From contig JAYWIR010000032.1 of the NCBI GenBank assembly GCA_036172245.1, positions 2,666,001 to 2,703,776 on the forward strand: DNA of 37,776 nucleotides. The letters are read 5' to 3'. Source of the stretch: Raillietiella orientalis (lineage: Eukaryota). The notes under the pieces were generated by a model, which was not told the DNA's origin, did no database searches, and was given only the letters and a program-made list of their open reading frames with translations. Positions 1-11,909 of the stretch are shown piece by piece. The position numbers and the translations under genes were made by a program. How positions within the stretch are numbered: the first letter of the stretch is position 1; every line of letters starts with the position of its first letter.

Positions 1-266
1 GCCGGAGGGCAAGGAAAAATTCTTTCCTCGGCCTCCTGTTCGTCAGGTCCGCGCCGCTCGGGGCGTACACGTTCGTGACAATCAGGTCGATGGAGTCGAA
101 TCACCTGAGAGTCAGCTGGCCGACAAGACCGTGATCGTCGAACCGTACGCTCCGCGCCGCGGCCTCGACGGCTGGCCGAAGCAGGTAGGCGACACCGCAA
201 CTTCTTGTTGTTCCACACCGATACCACACCCGCCCTCCGGAGATCCGTTCGATCTCCTGCGCTCGT
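1..266 (-). pseudogene. Element C (L1-like), APE endonuclease segment; runs off the left edge
   Basis: Minus-strand translation QEIERISGGRVWYRCGTTRSCGVAYLLR...GLVGQLTLR*FDSIDLIVTNVYAPSG aligns with the APE domains at 8017 and 19930; one premature TGA where the others have W. Confidence 0.9.
252..266. repeat. Left target-site duplication of element B (partner 11940-11954)
   Basis: ATCTCCTGCGCTCGT vs ATCTCCTGCACTTGT, 13/15 identical, both differences are CpG transitions. Confidence 0.85.
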
Positions 267-380
267 ACAGTGCAGACGTGTTTCCGCGTCTATCCGCTCC
301 AACGATCGGGCAACTTTGTGCCTCCGTTTTCGCTCGCACTTGTGTGTTCCTGTGCAATCTGCCAAGTAGCATAGTGCAAC

Positions 381-1626
381 ATGGCCAGTACACAGGATAG
401 TGTGGAGGAGCAAGCCACTGGATGCACTTCAGCTGCACTTGAAGTGGCCACAACCTCCGTAATGGTTTCCTCGCCCCCGGTGAGGAGTTACGCCGCCGTT
501 ACCTCCCAAAGACCAGGACCCTGCGATGCGGAGTTCCAGGCATATGTGTCATCAGGATACATGTCTGCACTCCGTTATAAGGTCAGTGGGCCCCTTAACG
601 GGAGAATCGGTCGTTAGCTCGATGATGAGCTCGTCCGGATCGGCGTTCGCGAGGAGGAACTCGTTGCCATAATGCCTGCTGGCAGGATGGAATATACGAA
701 GATTCGGTGCAAGAACGCAGCACTTGTGCAGCGCCTTCTCCGTACGCCGTTGACCATCAATGGCAAGGAAGTCCTGCCTACCGCAATGGACGACTCTTTT
801 GTCGTTCAATTGTGCGACATCGAACCGGAAATCTCCGACCGCGATGTCGTAAGTGTGCTGGCGAAGTTCGCCACCGTGCACGCTCTGTGGAGGAGGCCAA
901 ATCCTCTAAAGGATTTCCCCTCTGTCCACATAGGACAAGGCTGCGAGCGGATCACCGTCGCGAACAGGCGTGTTGTGCCTGAGCAGCTGCAGGTGAACGG
1001 CACGGTCGTTCACCTGTGGTTCATAGGCCAGACTCGCGCGTGCGAGCAGTGCAACAAGGATGGGCACCGAATTAAAGAGTGCCCCTCTCCAAGATGCCGC
1101 TATTGCAAAGATTCCGGGCACGAAATCAAAAAGTGCCCGGTACTTGCAAGAAAAAGAGCCGCAGCGGAAATTCGTCGGGTTCAAGAGACCACTGCACGAA
1201 AAGCCGCAGCGGCAAATAAAAAACGTCGTCCGCAAAAACTCGGAAAAAACAACAAGCGATCCGCGGATGAAAAGAAAGCATCCCCGCCCGCAACGACCCG
1301 AAAGGGGAAAGTCACGGCGGGGAAGCCAATTAAAAAGGGGCGCGAGGGTTTGACGCGTGCCGTGCCTTCCCTCTCTGCCGAACTCGCAGGCACCTTTCCG
1401 AGCCAGGAACCAGGAAATCTCCGTAACACCCTGGAGGGAAAGGTAGGAAAACAGGAAGATCGCAACAGTGCGAAGACTTCTTGCCCCGTTCCGTTGTCCC
1501 TTCCGAGTTCCGGACAGCCCCACTGCAGCGCAGGCCCCTCTGCAAAGGCTACGAAAGCCGTACAAAGCAGCGTCGCGACGAGCAAAAGCACGCTGCATGC
1601 AGTCGCCCCATCGCCGACTCGGCAGG
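381..1626 (+). pseudogene. Element B ORF1, 5' part (Gag-like, two CCHC zinc knuckles)
   Basis: CEQCNKDGHRIKEC and CRYCKDSGHEIKKC; in-frame TAG at 615-617; similar to the ORF1 copies at 23023, 35935 and 37329. Confidence 0.85.
1614..1626. repeat. Left TSD of element A (partner 7347-7359)
   Basis: CCGACTCGGCAGG vs CCGACTCAGTAGG, 11/13; extendable to 16 bp with two more transitions. Confidence 0.8.
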
Positions 1627-1705
1627 TTTCCCCAAGTCCCACAAGGGGTGGGGTAAGTTTATTTTTCTATAAAAATACAAAATTTACATTCGCACTCTCA
1701 TTCAC

Positions 1706-4700
1706 TCAATACAAACATTTTGCACTTGGGGGTCCTTGGGTTGCACTAGAGTTCTGCTTTTCAGGGGGAATTCCAGCTGGATGGTCCCGGGCGTCGTCCT
1801 GGATCCTCTTCAGGATGAATCGGTACGTCCAGGCGTGGATCTTCCCGCAGTTCCTGATGCCGATTTCCCTCTTCAAGAGCCCTTGTAGGATCTCCATCGG
1901 TGGTGCGACTCTCCTGGCTTTCCTCATCTTCCACCACCGCACAAGTATGGCGGTGATGAAGAGGGCTATGGTCGTCCTCACCATGGGATTGTAACAGGGA
2001 ACATTACCATCCCCATGAAACATCCCGGCGAGGATCTCCATAACGGACTTGTTGGTAAGTCCTATGATCCTTTTCAGGATCAGCCAGTCATGCAGCAGTG
2101 TGGGACACGTCAAGACGTGAAGTCTCGTGTTGTCGTCTCCACATGCTGCGCAGTCTCGGTCTTCCCGTCTTCCTGTGAAGTGCTGCAATCGGGACCCACT
2201 CTGGATTCCTCCGTGATAAAACATCAGGAGGTCATCCTGGGTGCCCGGCGGAAGGTCACTTCTCCAGAGCGTCGTGCCGATCGCTAACAGGTTGAACCGT
2301 TCACTCCCGTAGCGTTCGGTGGCTTCCTGGAGGGCACTGGTGTCACGGTCGTTTTCTTGGATAAGCCTTCGGAGGTTTGTTCTGGTTACCCTCGACCATG
2401 CGAAGTCGTTGTGGTTGAACCACACTTCGCGGGTCCTGTGGGTAAACCTTCCTAACATCATCTCTGTATACCGAAGTATACGTGTTTGATGTAGGTAGCC
2501 TCCTCGCCTCCACTCCTGGATTTGCTGTAAGGTAACTCTGGACCGCTGGTAGATCCAGCTTCTCGTGTCCGGCGGGACCGGAAGCAACCAAGGGATCACC
2601 AGGATGGACTCGTCCTGCCAGAGTTCCCTGCTTCGCGGCACGATCTTGATTTGGTGCTTCCGCACCAGCCGTTGCTTCCTCCTCCAGGACGGGTCGATTG
2701 TTATCCATTCCCCTACTTTGCCTAGCAGCGCAGTCATCAGGCCTTTCGAGTTGTTAAGCAACAACGCGTAGGCCCTGTGCGCCGCATACGGCCAGTCATC
2801 CCAGTAAGTGGCAATGTCCAGGATGTGTCGCGTATCCATGATTTCCATGGAATTTGCAAGCGACTTCATCCCGGAACCGCCTTCTTCCCTGGGACGACAC
2901 AGGGGTTTCAGTCTTACTCTTGGGCGATAGTGGCCCCAGAGTGTTTTTCTTTGCAGCTTGTCGAACTCCCTAGTAGTGTCCTTGTTCATCCTCGAGAAGG
3001 CCGCCCCGAAGAGCACTTTCGGAAGGAGTACTCCGTTCCATATGTTGGCCTTTCGCTTCATCCCAAGGTCCGTTCGGGTGTACTTGGCTGCTTCCTTGGC
3101 CGTTTTCCCCAGGATTTCCTTCCACAGCAGCTTCGACGCAGAGCCGTCGCCGATGTAGACTCCCAGGTACTTGGCCGTGTCCACCGTACGGAATCCACTA
3201 ATCGTTAGAGTGGAGAGATCCAGTATTCCGACGGGCAAAAGCTGGCTCTTCTGGGAATTGATTTTTAAGCCCAAGCCCTGTTCCATCAGGTCCACCACAT
3301 CCAGAAACGCACGCTGATTTTTCTCTCCCTTGATGAAGAAGAGTAGATCATCGGCGTATGCCAGATGGGTAAGACGCTGGCTATCGATGGTAATCCCGCT
3401 TAGTCGTCCGCTCTTCTCGATAGAGGACGACAACGCCTCCATATAGATGACGAACAGCATCGGACTTAGCGAGTCGCCCTGTCGGACTCCTCGTTCCATC
3501 CTGATTGCTGCCGTCACCTGGCCGTTGATCTTGATCCGGCAGTACTGGTTCTGGAGTACCGCCCTCACGAAGTTGCTGAAGTGTTCCGGAAGCCCTAGCT
3601 TCTCCAGAACCTTCAGCAGCATCCCGTGGTCGATGGAGTCGAAGGGCTTCTCCATGTCAGTGAACACCAGCACCAGGTTCTCGCCGACGTATCGACTGAG
3701 TCCAACAGTGGCCTGGGCACACTTGACATTGTCCGACATGTGTCGTCCTGGGACTGCACATGTCTGGACCGGAGAGATCAGCCTCGACATGACCTTGCCT
3801 AAGCGGTTGCACCAGATCTTCGCCAACCACTTGGCATCGAAGTTTAGGATCGAGATTGGCCTCCATTGGGCGATCTGGGTAGAGTCGCCTCCTTTCGGCA
3901 GCAATCTCATCCGACTCTCGTAGAAGGACTGAGGTAGTCTGCCTTCTTCCCGGATGCAGAGGGTCAACTGGTGGAACAAGCGCAGGTAGGCGTGCAGGTA
4001 CCGCTGATAGTGCGTGATGGGTACACTGTCAGGGCCCGCTGCCACGTCCTTGCGAAGTTGCCCAATCGCAGTCTTCACCTCTTCTTCGGAGAACTCCTCC
4101 TCCAGTTTGTTCCGCTGGAGGTCGTCGGTCCTCTTCTCGAGATAGCTCAAGAAGGCCTGTTGACTAGAGCGACACAGCTGTTGTCGCCTGAAGTGTTTCG
4201 TGTAATGCCTGTGAAAGGCATCCACGATGTCCTCAGACGACTGTCGCTTTTGGCCGTCGTACTAGATGCAGAAGATATCTGTTGCCAGATTTATCTTCTC
4301 CAGCACGTCGACTTCCCCTTTTATGTTATTGAGGACGTACCGACTCTCGTAATGATCGAAGTACTTTGAGAGGCAGCGATCTTGGATGTTCAGCTCCCGG
4401 TACGCCTCTTGCCTCAAGCGCCTATCCCCGAACTGCATGTTCGCAAACAGGTGTATCCTGTGTTTCAGGCTGTCCCAGTCGGCGACTCTTCGGATTGTTG
4501 TTGCCCTCAGAATCGCCTCCAGGACAGCCTGATGTACGGGATGGGTTTCGAACCAGGCGGGCATGCTGATGAGCGCTGCCCTGGTGCCTTGCCTCCGCCG
4601 AGGATTCTCCGTTCTTAGGGAAAACCGCACCAGGGGGTGATCGGACACCGTAGTCATAGTGTCGCGAAACCCCTGGATGCGGTTCCCAAGTTCGGTGCTG

Positions 4701-5278
4701 TGCAGGACGTGATCGATCGGCTTGTGGCTTGCTGTTCGCCATACCAGTCCGAACTCCTCGGATAGCCGTCGATACGCCGTCCTTCCTCTGGCGTCTTCCG
4801 AATGAATGATCTCATCCAAGATGTTGAGATCGCCAGCAACAATCACGACGTCCTTAGGGGCGACCTTTTGCCGGAGTGTTGCATGCAGCGCCTCCGCACA
4901 ACGATGTTTTAGCCTGTGCGGCCCGTACACGTTCACCAGGATAAGGTGAACAGTTGCGGACCAGGCCAGTCGCACGCCGATGATTCGTCCGGGTTGGGGA
5001 CAGAACACTTTCAGAATAGTGGGGGCTAAGTGGTTCTTTATTAGCACCGCCACACCCTTCGTGTTCCGTTCTCCTTCGTTGACGAACATCTGCCCGTTGA
5101 ATCGCCGTTCCATTCGCTGGCTTATCTCCAGACCCATCCTGTGGGTCTCCTGCAGGCACACGATGTCTTGTTGTGCGATGGTTCGCACAATCCTTCTTCT
5201 TTTTCCCTGGTCGACCACCCCGTTTACGTTCCAGGAGGCGATGTTCATCCTCCCGGCGGTCGATAGGGAAGAGGCCAT
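1706..5278 (-). pseudogene. Element A ORF2 (about 1190 codons): APE endonuclease, reverse transcriptase, C-terminal zinc finger
   Basis: SWNVNG, LQETH, NVYGP, GDLN, IDH, SDH; WRPISILN, RQGDSLSP, YADD, KYLG; CAAC-x7-H-x3-C. ORFs 4262..5383 and 1706..4225 are in one frame, split by a single TAG at 4262-4264. Confidence 0.95.
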
Positions 5279-5291
5279 AAAAGGGGAAGAC

Positions 5292-7077
5292 CTATTTTTT
5301 GGCCTTCCTGAGCTTCTTCTGTCTGAGAGAGCGTGCTCTTCCAGACAATGAAGAAGCAGCGGGCTTCTCGCTGCCGGCGTCACTCTCCGTACCTGTGAGG
5401 TCGGTAATTTCCACCTCCTCCGTAGAGTGTTCCGCCTGCGCGATCAATTTTCGAGATAGCGCCTCTATCTCGACCTTGGCGCAGAAGTTCGTCTTCACGT
5501 CGAGAAGCTGTTCCTCTAACTTCTCGCGTTCAGCGACCTCCACCACCTGGTTGATGTTCTCTTGTGCAGTGCAGATCTTCTGCAAGATTTTCTCTTGCTG
5601 AGGACCGCTCTGCACCTCCATGATCTCCTCCGCCAGTGTTGCCAACTCCTCCGTAGTCTGCAGAGCCTCCTGCGACACTTTAGTGGCTTCCTGTCTCTCT
5701 TCCTTCGCGCCTTCCTGCGCTACCTCCATCTTCTCGCCTTTCTGCTCTGCTACTTCCAGGATTTGAGGAGTTCCTTGCTCCTTGCCGAGCATCCTCCTCT
5801 TTTCTTCTTTCCCACTTCTATGAAGCCGTCCGCCGACACCGGGACGGCTTCTTTCACTTTTTTCTGCCTTCCTGCCTTCTGAGGCTGTTCGGCCTCCTTG
5901 ATGTTTCTCTCTCTCACGGGAGAGAGACCTCGAATCCTTCTGCAGTTTTCAAACTCCGGACAGCTCCATTTCGCATGTCCGTGTTTCTTGCAGAAGGAGC
6001 ACACCTCCGGCTGCGGGCAGTTTCGGACTTGATGTCCTACTTTGCCGCAGCGGAAACAACGACACGTTGGGCAAGCGCCGGCCCTGTGGCCGAACTGCTT
6101 GCACCCGGTGCAGAATACCGGTTGTTGCCGGTAACGCACATTCACTCCCTGGGATTGTTCGTCAAGAACGGCTAATCCAGGTATCACAGCTCCCTCTTTC
6201 AGTTTCATTTTGGCGATCATGTCGCCAGAAAGCATATTTTTCGAGAAGTTCTGGAATTCAAGGTCCAGAACTTTCCCATACTGCTCTAAAAGTTCCACAC
6301 CGGTGGTTGCGGTGTGAGGATGGAGATGCCGTTCAGAAAGACGGTTGTGTATGGCATTTCGCCAATAATGCAAACCATCCTTTCTTTTATATTGATTTCC
6401 TTCTGGATCAATCGCTCTCTAAAATTTTCACACTCTGTGAAGACTGTGAACCCGTTATTTGCCGGTATGATCGCCTGTATGCGATCAAAATTGATATCCG
6501 TTTTATCGAGGCACAGATACACCTTCCTGATATTATTAAATTTGATTAGCTCAGTCTTGAAAATGATGGGCTTCACATTCGGCCTTAATTCCACGATTGG
6601 CCGATCCACCTTTTGGACTTTGCCGCATAGCAGCTTGCCGAATTTTCTTGGTGGATGGACACTCGCTTGTCCAGCCGCCACCGACGCATAGGAAAAGGGC
6701 TGCGCTGCCGCAGCCGAACAAGATGGCGTCTCCCCCTGAACCGCGTGGACGCCCGCGGGTCCTGCCTGGGACGCCGGAGCCGCGAGCGCAACCCTCGACG
6801 TCGCCACCGTTGCCGCCGCGGGCGGCACCCTCGGCATCGCCGCCGCAGTCGCGACCTTCCCCGCCGCGGGCACGATCCTCGGCGTCGCCTCCGCGGGTAC
6901 GACCTCCGCCGTCGTCGCCGCGGGCACGACCCTTGGCATCGCCGCCGCCGGCGCAGCAAAGCCCACCGCGGGCGCGATCCTCGGCATGCCTGCCACCGCC
7001 TCGCCGTTGCCGCACGTTACCTCCATGGTTTCCATGGGGGACGACGGTCTCTCCACTCCTCCTCCAGGTGCCTGCAT
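5292..7077 (-). pseudogene. Element A ORF1 (Ala/Pro-rich N-terminus, three CCHC knuckles, coiled-coil-like C-terminus)
   Basis: Joins ORFs 6286..7293, 5750..6373 and 5292..5792 through two frameshifts; CTGCKQFGHRAGAC, CFRCGKVGHQVRNC, CSFCKKHGHAKWSC; the ATG at 7077 is inferred. Confidence 0.85.
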
Positions 7078-7133
7078 GCTGGCAGCTGGTCTTGCTGTAC
7101 AGGACCACTGCAGGTCTTCCGCCGCGATCTCCT

Positions 7134-7335
7134 CGGCGCTTCTTTTGTAGTTTCGTCTGGAAACTTCCTCTCTTCGGGCACACACCAGCACAATCAACTG
7201 ATTATGTTGTCGTGCGCACAATACTTTGAGCCGCGGCGCTTCTTTTGTAGTTTCGTCTGGAAACTTCCTCTCTTCGGGCACACACCAGCACAATCAACTG
7301 ATTATGTTGTCGTGCGCACAATACTTTGAGCCGCG
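7134..7335. repeat. Perfect 2 x 100-bp tandem repeat in the 5' UTR of element A
   Basis: 7134-7233 is identical to 7234-7333. Confidence 0.97.
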
Positions 7336-7346
7336 AAGCAAGTTTA

Positions 7347-7359
7347 CCGACTCAGTAGG
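7347..7359. repeat. Right TSD of element A
   Basis: Matches 1614-1626 with two transitions. Confidence 0.8.
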
Positions 7360-8017
7360 AGAGGAGCAATCTTTTGACTGTCAAGAAGGTGACTCCGTTG
7401 CCGCCTTTTAAAGGCGTAGCGAAAGCAACGCCCCCAGAGAACCCAGCGAAAATCCCGGAGGTTTCCGCAACTACTGTCGCGGAAGCCTTCGAAAATCGCA
7501 AAGGCGAATGGAAGGTTGTGGAGAGGAGGAAAGAAAAATCTCCAGAAAAAGCTCCGCAACATCCATCCCTGAGCTCTTTCAAAGGAAAAAGCAGTCGCGG
7601 GAATACGAAAACACGCGCGGCTTGTGCCTCTTCCAAGGAAAAAGCCAGCGCTTTCAACGCGTGCAAGTCCGTTCTGTGACCGCCGAGAAGACCATTCTGG
7701 TGCAATCGGACGGATGCAAGCGCACGTCGATCGTGCGAGCATCAGACTCCGCAAAGGAGTCCGATAGCGCCGCTGAACGACGCGTTACTCGCGCGGGAGC
7801 GAGCGCCCGCAGGGCTGAAGCCCTGAGGCGTGACACACTCGCCGCGGAACGGCGAGTGCTCACCCCGGAACCCACAGGTTCTGCACCCGGGGGGGAGCAC
7901 CAGATTACGTGCAGCACAGTTGAGGCCGGTGGCGACCGCGCCCTCCAGCTCGTCGTGCTGCTTACTGCCCGCTCGTCGGGTGAGGCGAGCACCACGGCCT
8001 CGCTTTCCGAGCCGTGA
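7360..8017 (+). pseudogene. Element B ORF1, 3' part
   Basis: Removing A and one TSD gives in-frame ...SPTRQ-ERSNLLTVKKVTP...; one later frameshift; the TGA stop overlaps the ORF2 ATG (TGATG). Confidence 0.8.
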
Positions 8018-11000
8018 TGAGGGCAATTGCGTCTTCTCGTCGTGTTGCCGTAACGTCTTGGAACGTCAACGGGCTCCAACACGAGGAGAAGAGGCGACTA
8101 GTGGCTGACGCTCTGCGCGCCTTCGACTTGACGCTCCTGCTGGAGATTCACAGCATCTCCGGAGAGCAGGCTGCCGAAATCGAACGGCGCGCGGGAGGAA
8201 CGCTACTTTCTAGGTGCGGCGTTGCACGTACGTGCGGCGTCGATTACCTCGTGCGAGGAACTTTGGCGGGAGCGGTGCGCAGCGTTCGTTTCGACACGGA
8301 AGGCCGAGTGGGACAGCTTGTACTCAAGTGGTCCGACTCGATCGACCTTGTCGTAACCAACGTGTACGCGCCGAGCGGTGCTGGACGATGGGCCGAAAGG
8401 ATTAAGTTCTTCGGTACCCTTTAAAGCCAGTGGCTCACTCGATCTCACCCTACTGTGGCCCATCTCATTGCGGGGAGTTTAACGTCCACCTGCTTTCCGA
8501 GAATAGATCCCACAAAAGGGAAAAGTTGCTAGCGGAAGAGATGTGCGCGTCCGTGCACGCGTGCAACTTGTTCGCTAGCGACCCTGTTATGGCAGCAACG
8601 CCGGATCACGTATACCTTGATGAACACTTGCTCTGTCGAGTGGGTCGGAGAGGTCCCGTGCCGTCCGTGCTTTCAGAACACAACAGGCTCGAGTTCGAGT
8701 TGCTCCCGCCAGGCAAGGGGCCTCCAAACTGTTTTTGGAGGATGCTGGCAGACTGCCTAAGCCACCCGGGGGCGGCTGAGCATCTTCGCCAGTACCTCCT
8801 CGGCTTTGCCATAAGTGAGCTCAAGGAATGGGACGATCTGAGAAGATCGGTCCGCGAGTTCTGCTGCCGGTTTCCCTTGCACCAGCTTCCGCGCGGCTTC
8901 GGAGAGGGCGTAGCCAACAGCAGAGATTTTCTGCAGGCCCGCTCCTTTTCCAGGCGCGCGGAAGTTGGTCGATTATCCGAGTACAAGGCCAAGGCCGAGC
9001 GCCAGATCTGGCAGTCAGGGGCGACAGTTCTTCCCGACGACCAGGACCGGGAATGCTCGGCTCCAGCCGACGTGTGACGGATAGTCAGGCGCTATTACTC
9101 TTCTCTGTATGCAGAGGCACCGACGGAACGCAGCTTCTCCCGGCTGCTTCTGCCGATTGATGCACCTGTTGTAGACGAGGAGGCACGCGCGCGTCCTGAT
9201 GAGCCCTTCACGGCAGAGGAAATTTCTTCGGCCATCTCGGGGCTCAAGAGACGAAAAGCGCCAGGCGAAGATGGTCTCCCCGCGGAATTCTTTCAGTGTT
9301 TTGCGGCGGAGCTCATCCCTCTGGTGCTCCAATTCTCGTCGCTGATGCGAGACTCGGGCGATGTCCCCGCCTCGTTTCGCTCAGCGAAGGTGCGTCTACT
9401 GCCGAAAGGCGGAGACTTGCGCCAACTGAACAACTGGCGTCCGATCACATTAGTGAATTCGGACGTCAAGTTGTTCTCGAAACTTTGGGTGCCGCGGATG
9501 GGTAGGATCGCGGTATCCTTGGTAAGTCCGGAGAAGACGTACGCTGTTCCTGGGCGGTCCATGGACGCGAATCTCTTGTTCATCCGCACATGGCTGCAAT
9601 TGCAACATCGTGTGGCGGTGGATCGTCGTGCGGAAGCGACGCCTTCGATCTCTTACCGTCGGAGGCTCGGGACGCAAAGGGAGACACCGGGAGCCTTATC
9701 AGTTGCAGTCGATCTGCACAAAGATTTCGATTGCGTGAACCAAAAGCTTCTTCTTAAGCTTTTGGAACGTCTGGGTCTTCCGGCATCCCTGTTGGCGTAC
9801 TTGCGCTCCTGCTGGCGTCACGCGATTACATCCATTGTTTTCAGTGGCTGTCGCGTGTACGGCGTGCCGGTACGACGAGGAATTAGTCAGGGTGACAGCT
9901 TAAGCCCACTGCTCTTCAGCATCTATTTTGAATTGGTGCTGGAGGCTTACAGGCTGACGCTAGCCAGCCTGCCGAGCTCCTGTCCAGGTACGCCGGCCTT
10001 GGCAGCTTATGCCGACGACCTGCTTCTCCTGTTGCCCATGTCCACCCCGGCGACATCGCTTGAAGACTTCTTTGAGTTGATTCGTCGCGGTGCGGGCGTG
10101 AGCTTTAACAGGAGTAAGTGTATGGTTGTTCCGGTGGGTGCGACGTGGGAGGGGCAGTCCGATTGGTTCGACCTGGGGATCCCCACGGGCAGGTACCTCA
10201 GGTACCTTGGCGTGCCGTTGGGCGACTTCTGCATCTCAGAAGCGTGGTCGGACTGCCTTCGGAAGGCAGAGCGTGCACTTGGCCCGTTCTCAGGAGGCGA
10301 GTTCGTCTTGCCGGAATAAGCCACCATCTGGAACACCTTCGTTGCCCCCCTCCTCCTCCCCCGGTTTTTTGTTTTTCCACCCCCCCAGGAAGTCAAAGTC
10401 TGGGCGCAGCGCCTTCTACGCAAAACGTTGTGGGGCGCTGCAAGATCCCGCGTAAGAATTAAAGACTTGGTGGCGCCGCGTCAGGATGCAGGCTTGGGCA
10501 TCCTAGACTTAAAAAGCATCGAGCTGCAGGTGCAGTTTCGAATGCTGCGGCTCTGTGCCAAGCTGTGGTGTACGCCGTGGTGCTTACCCGCACGCCTTAT
10601 ACTAAGGCGCTGCACGGGAAGCGTGGGACTGCTTTCATCGCTGCCCCACTTTCGGCACACCTGAATAGGCTTTGGCTTCGCGCTGAGGCAGCTGTCCTCA
10701 CTGCTGGAAGCCCAATGTTGGATCTCCTGCAGCCCCATGAACATTAATGCATGGCGGCAGGAATCTTTTTCATCGTGGGCAGCTTCTGAAGGAACCCACC
10801 CGGAAGATCTTCGACGCCTGCGACTTCTCCTCGGTCATCAAATGGACGAAGTCATGCAGGACAAGAAGAAGACGGATCGTCTGGCCGCCACACCACTCAC
10901 TGCAGCGCTATCTGCCCTGAGGGCAAGCGACGACAGTTGCCTACCTGCGAAATGGGAGTTCTCCTGCACAATAGGGGGAGTCATTAAGCTCCTTGGCGGC

Positions 11001-11588
11001 TGGACGACAAAGGAGCTGGTGGAAACTGCCACTCCTCGAAATCGGGCGAAGGGCCTGCTTCGGTGGAGTGAGCTTTTAAGTGTAACTCCCGATGAGATAG
11101 TGGTTCCCCCCGTTTGTTTGGACAACTCCTTGTTCCCCTTAAAGTGGAAACAAGATGTGCTGCTCTTTTTACACTGGGGCTTCCACTGTAATCGGCAGCG
11201 AAGCATCGTTTCCGGGGGAGCTGCTTTGCCAAACTGTTTGAGGTGCGGAGAGATCGAGTCTTTTCCGCACCTCTTGCTGGACTGCGGTGACCTCCGTGAA
11301 CTGTGGCGAAGGCTGATTTCAGCCATCCTGCCGCAGGGAGGCACTGCCATTGATGTGCTGCGTCGCTTCTTCAGGAGGAATGGATTTTCGGTTGGTGCGA
11401 TTGTCGCAACCATGTGTTGCGTTCGCGCCATCGTGAAGGCCCGCTACGCCCTGGAGTTGTCAGCGGAGCGAAGGGAGGCTCACCGGTTTGCAGCAGTATC
11501 TATGGAAAAGGCTGCTAGGTGGCCTCATCTTCGTGACGAGGTCAAAGAGGACATCGCCGGCATCCATCGCCGGTTTACAGACTTTTAA
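8017..11588 (+). pseudogene. Element B ORF2: APE, RT, zinc finger; several stops and frameshifts
   Basis: SWNVNG, NVYAP, PDH; NWRPITLVN, QGDSLSP, YADD, RYLG; CLRC-x8-H-x4-C. Confidence 0.92.
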
Positions 11589-11909
11589 GAACGGATCAAT
11601 CCGGTGATCACTACGTCCTGAAGCCCACCCATACCCCTTCTCCGCTCGCTCTGCTAAACTGCCGGTGCCATTACTTTTATCCCAGTGCGAACCAGAACGA
11701 TCCCAAAGACCCTTGTCCCGGCGTCCCCCATTGATTTCTTTTTCTTTTGTTTTTGTTTGTTTGTTTGTGTTCCCAGTTCTCCCACGCCGTTCTGTGTTAT
11801 TCTGGCCTGCTTGCCAGCAATTTTCTCTTGATCCTTGTTCAGTCGTCGGTTGGGAGCATGGTTCTCAGCTGGTTTATTTTATATAATTGTTTTTGTTTAT
11901 ATTATATGA

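Larger units (their letters stand above)
1627..7346 (-). mobile_element. Element A: full-length L1/Tx1-like retrotransposon of a second family, inserted antisense into B ORF1
   Basis: 5' UTR with 100-bp tandem, ORF1, ORF2, short 3' UTR with AATAAA (1658-1663), AAA tail, TSD. Confidence 0.9.

Noticed and set aside
672..1994. 440-aa ORF as a real gene
   Set aside because: Chimera of B ORF1 read through into the antisense 3' end of A after 1626
1706..4225. Bacterial RT system (retron, DGR, group II intron)
   Set aside because: APE-RT-zinc finger layout, CCHC ORF1, TSDs and AATAAA all indicate eukaryotic non-LTR elements
4262..4264. Programmed readthrough or a variant genetic code at the single TAG in A ORF2
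   Set aside because: Stops in other copies occur at unrelated positions alongside frameshifts; simple decay explains it
6551..7329. Several Arg/Pro/Gly-rich ORFs in alternative frames
   Set aside because: Shadow ORFs of the GC-rich repetitive start of A ORF1
7134..7335. CRISPR array or LTR
   Set aside because: Two abutting 100-bp units with no spacers; no integrase, protease or TG..CA LTR structure seen
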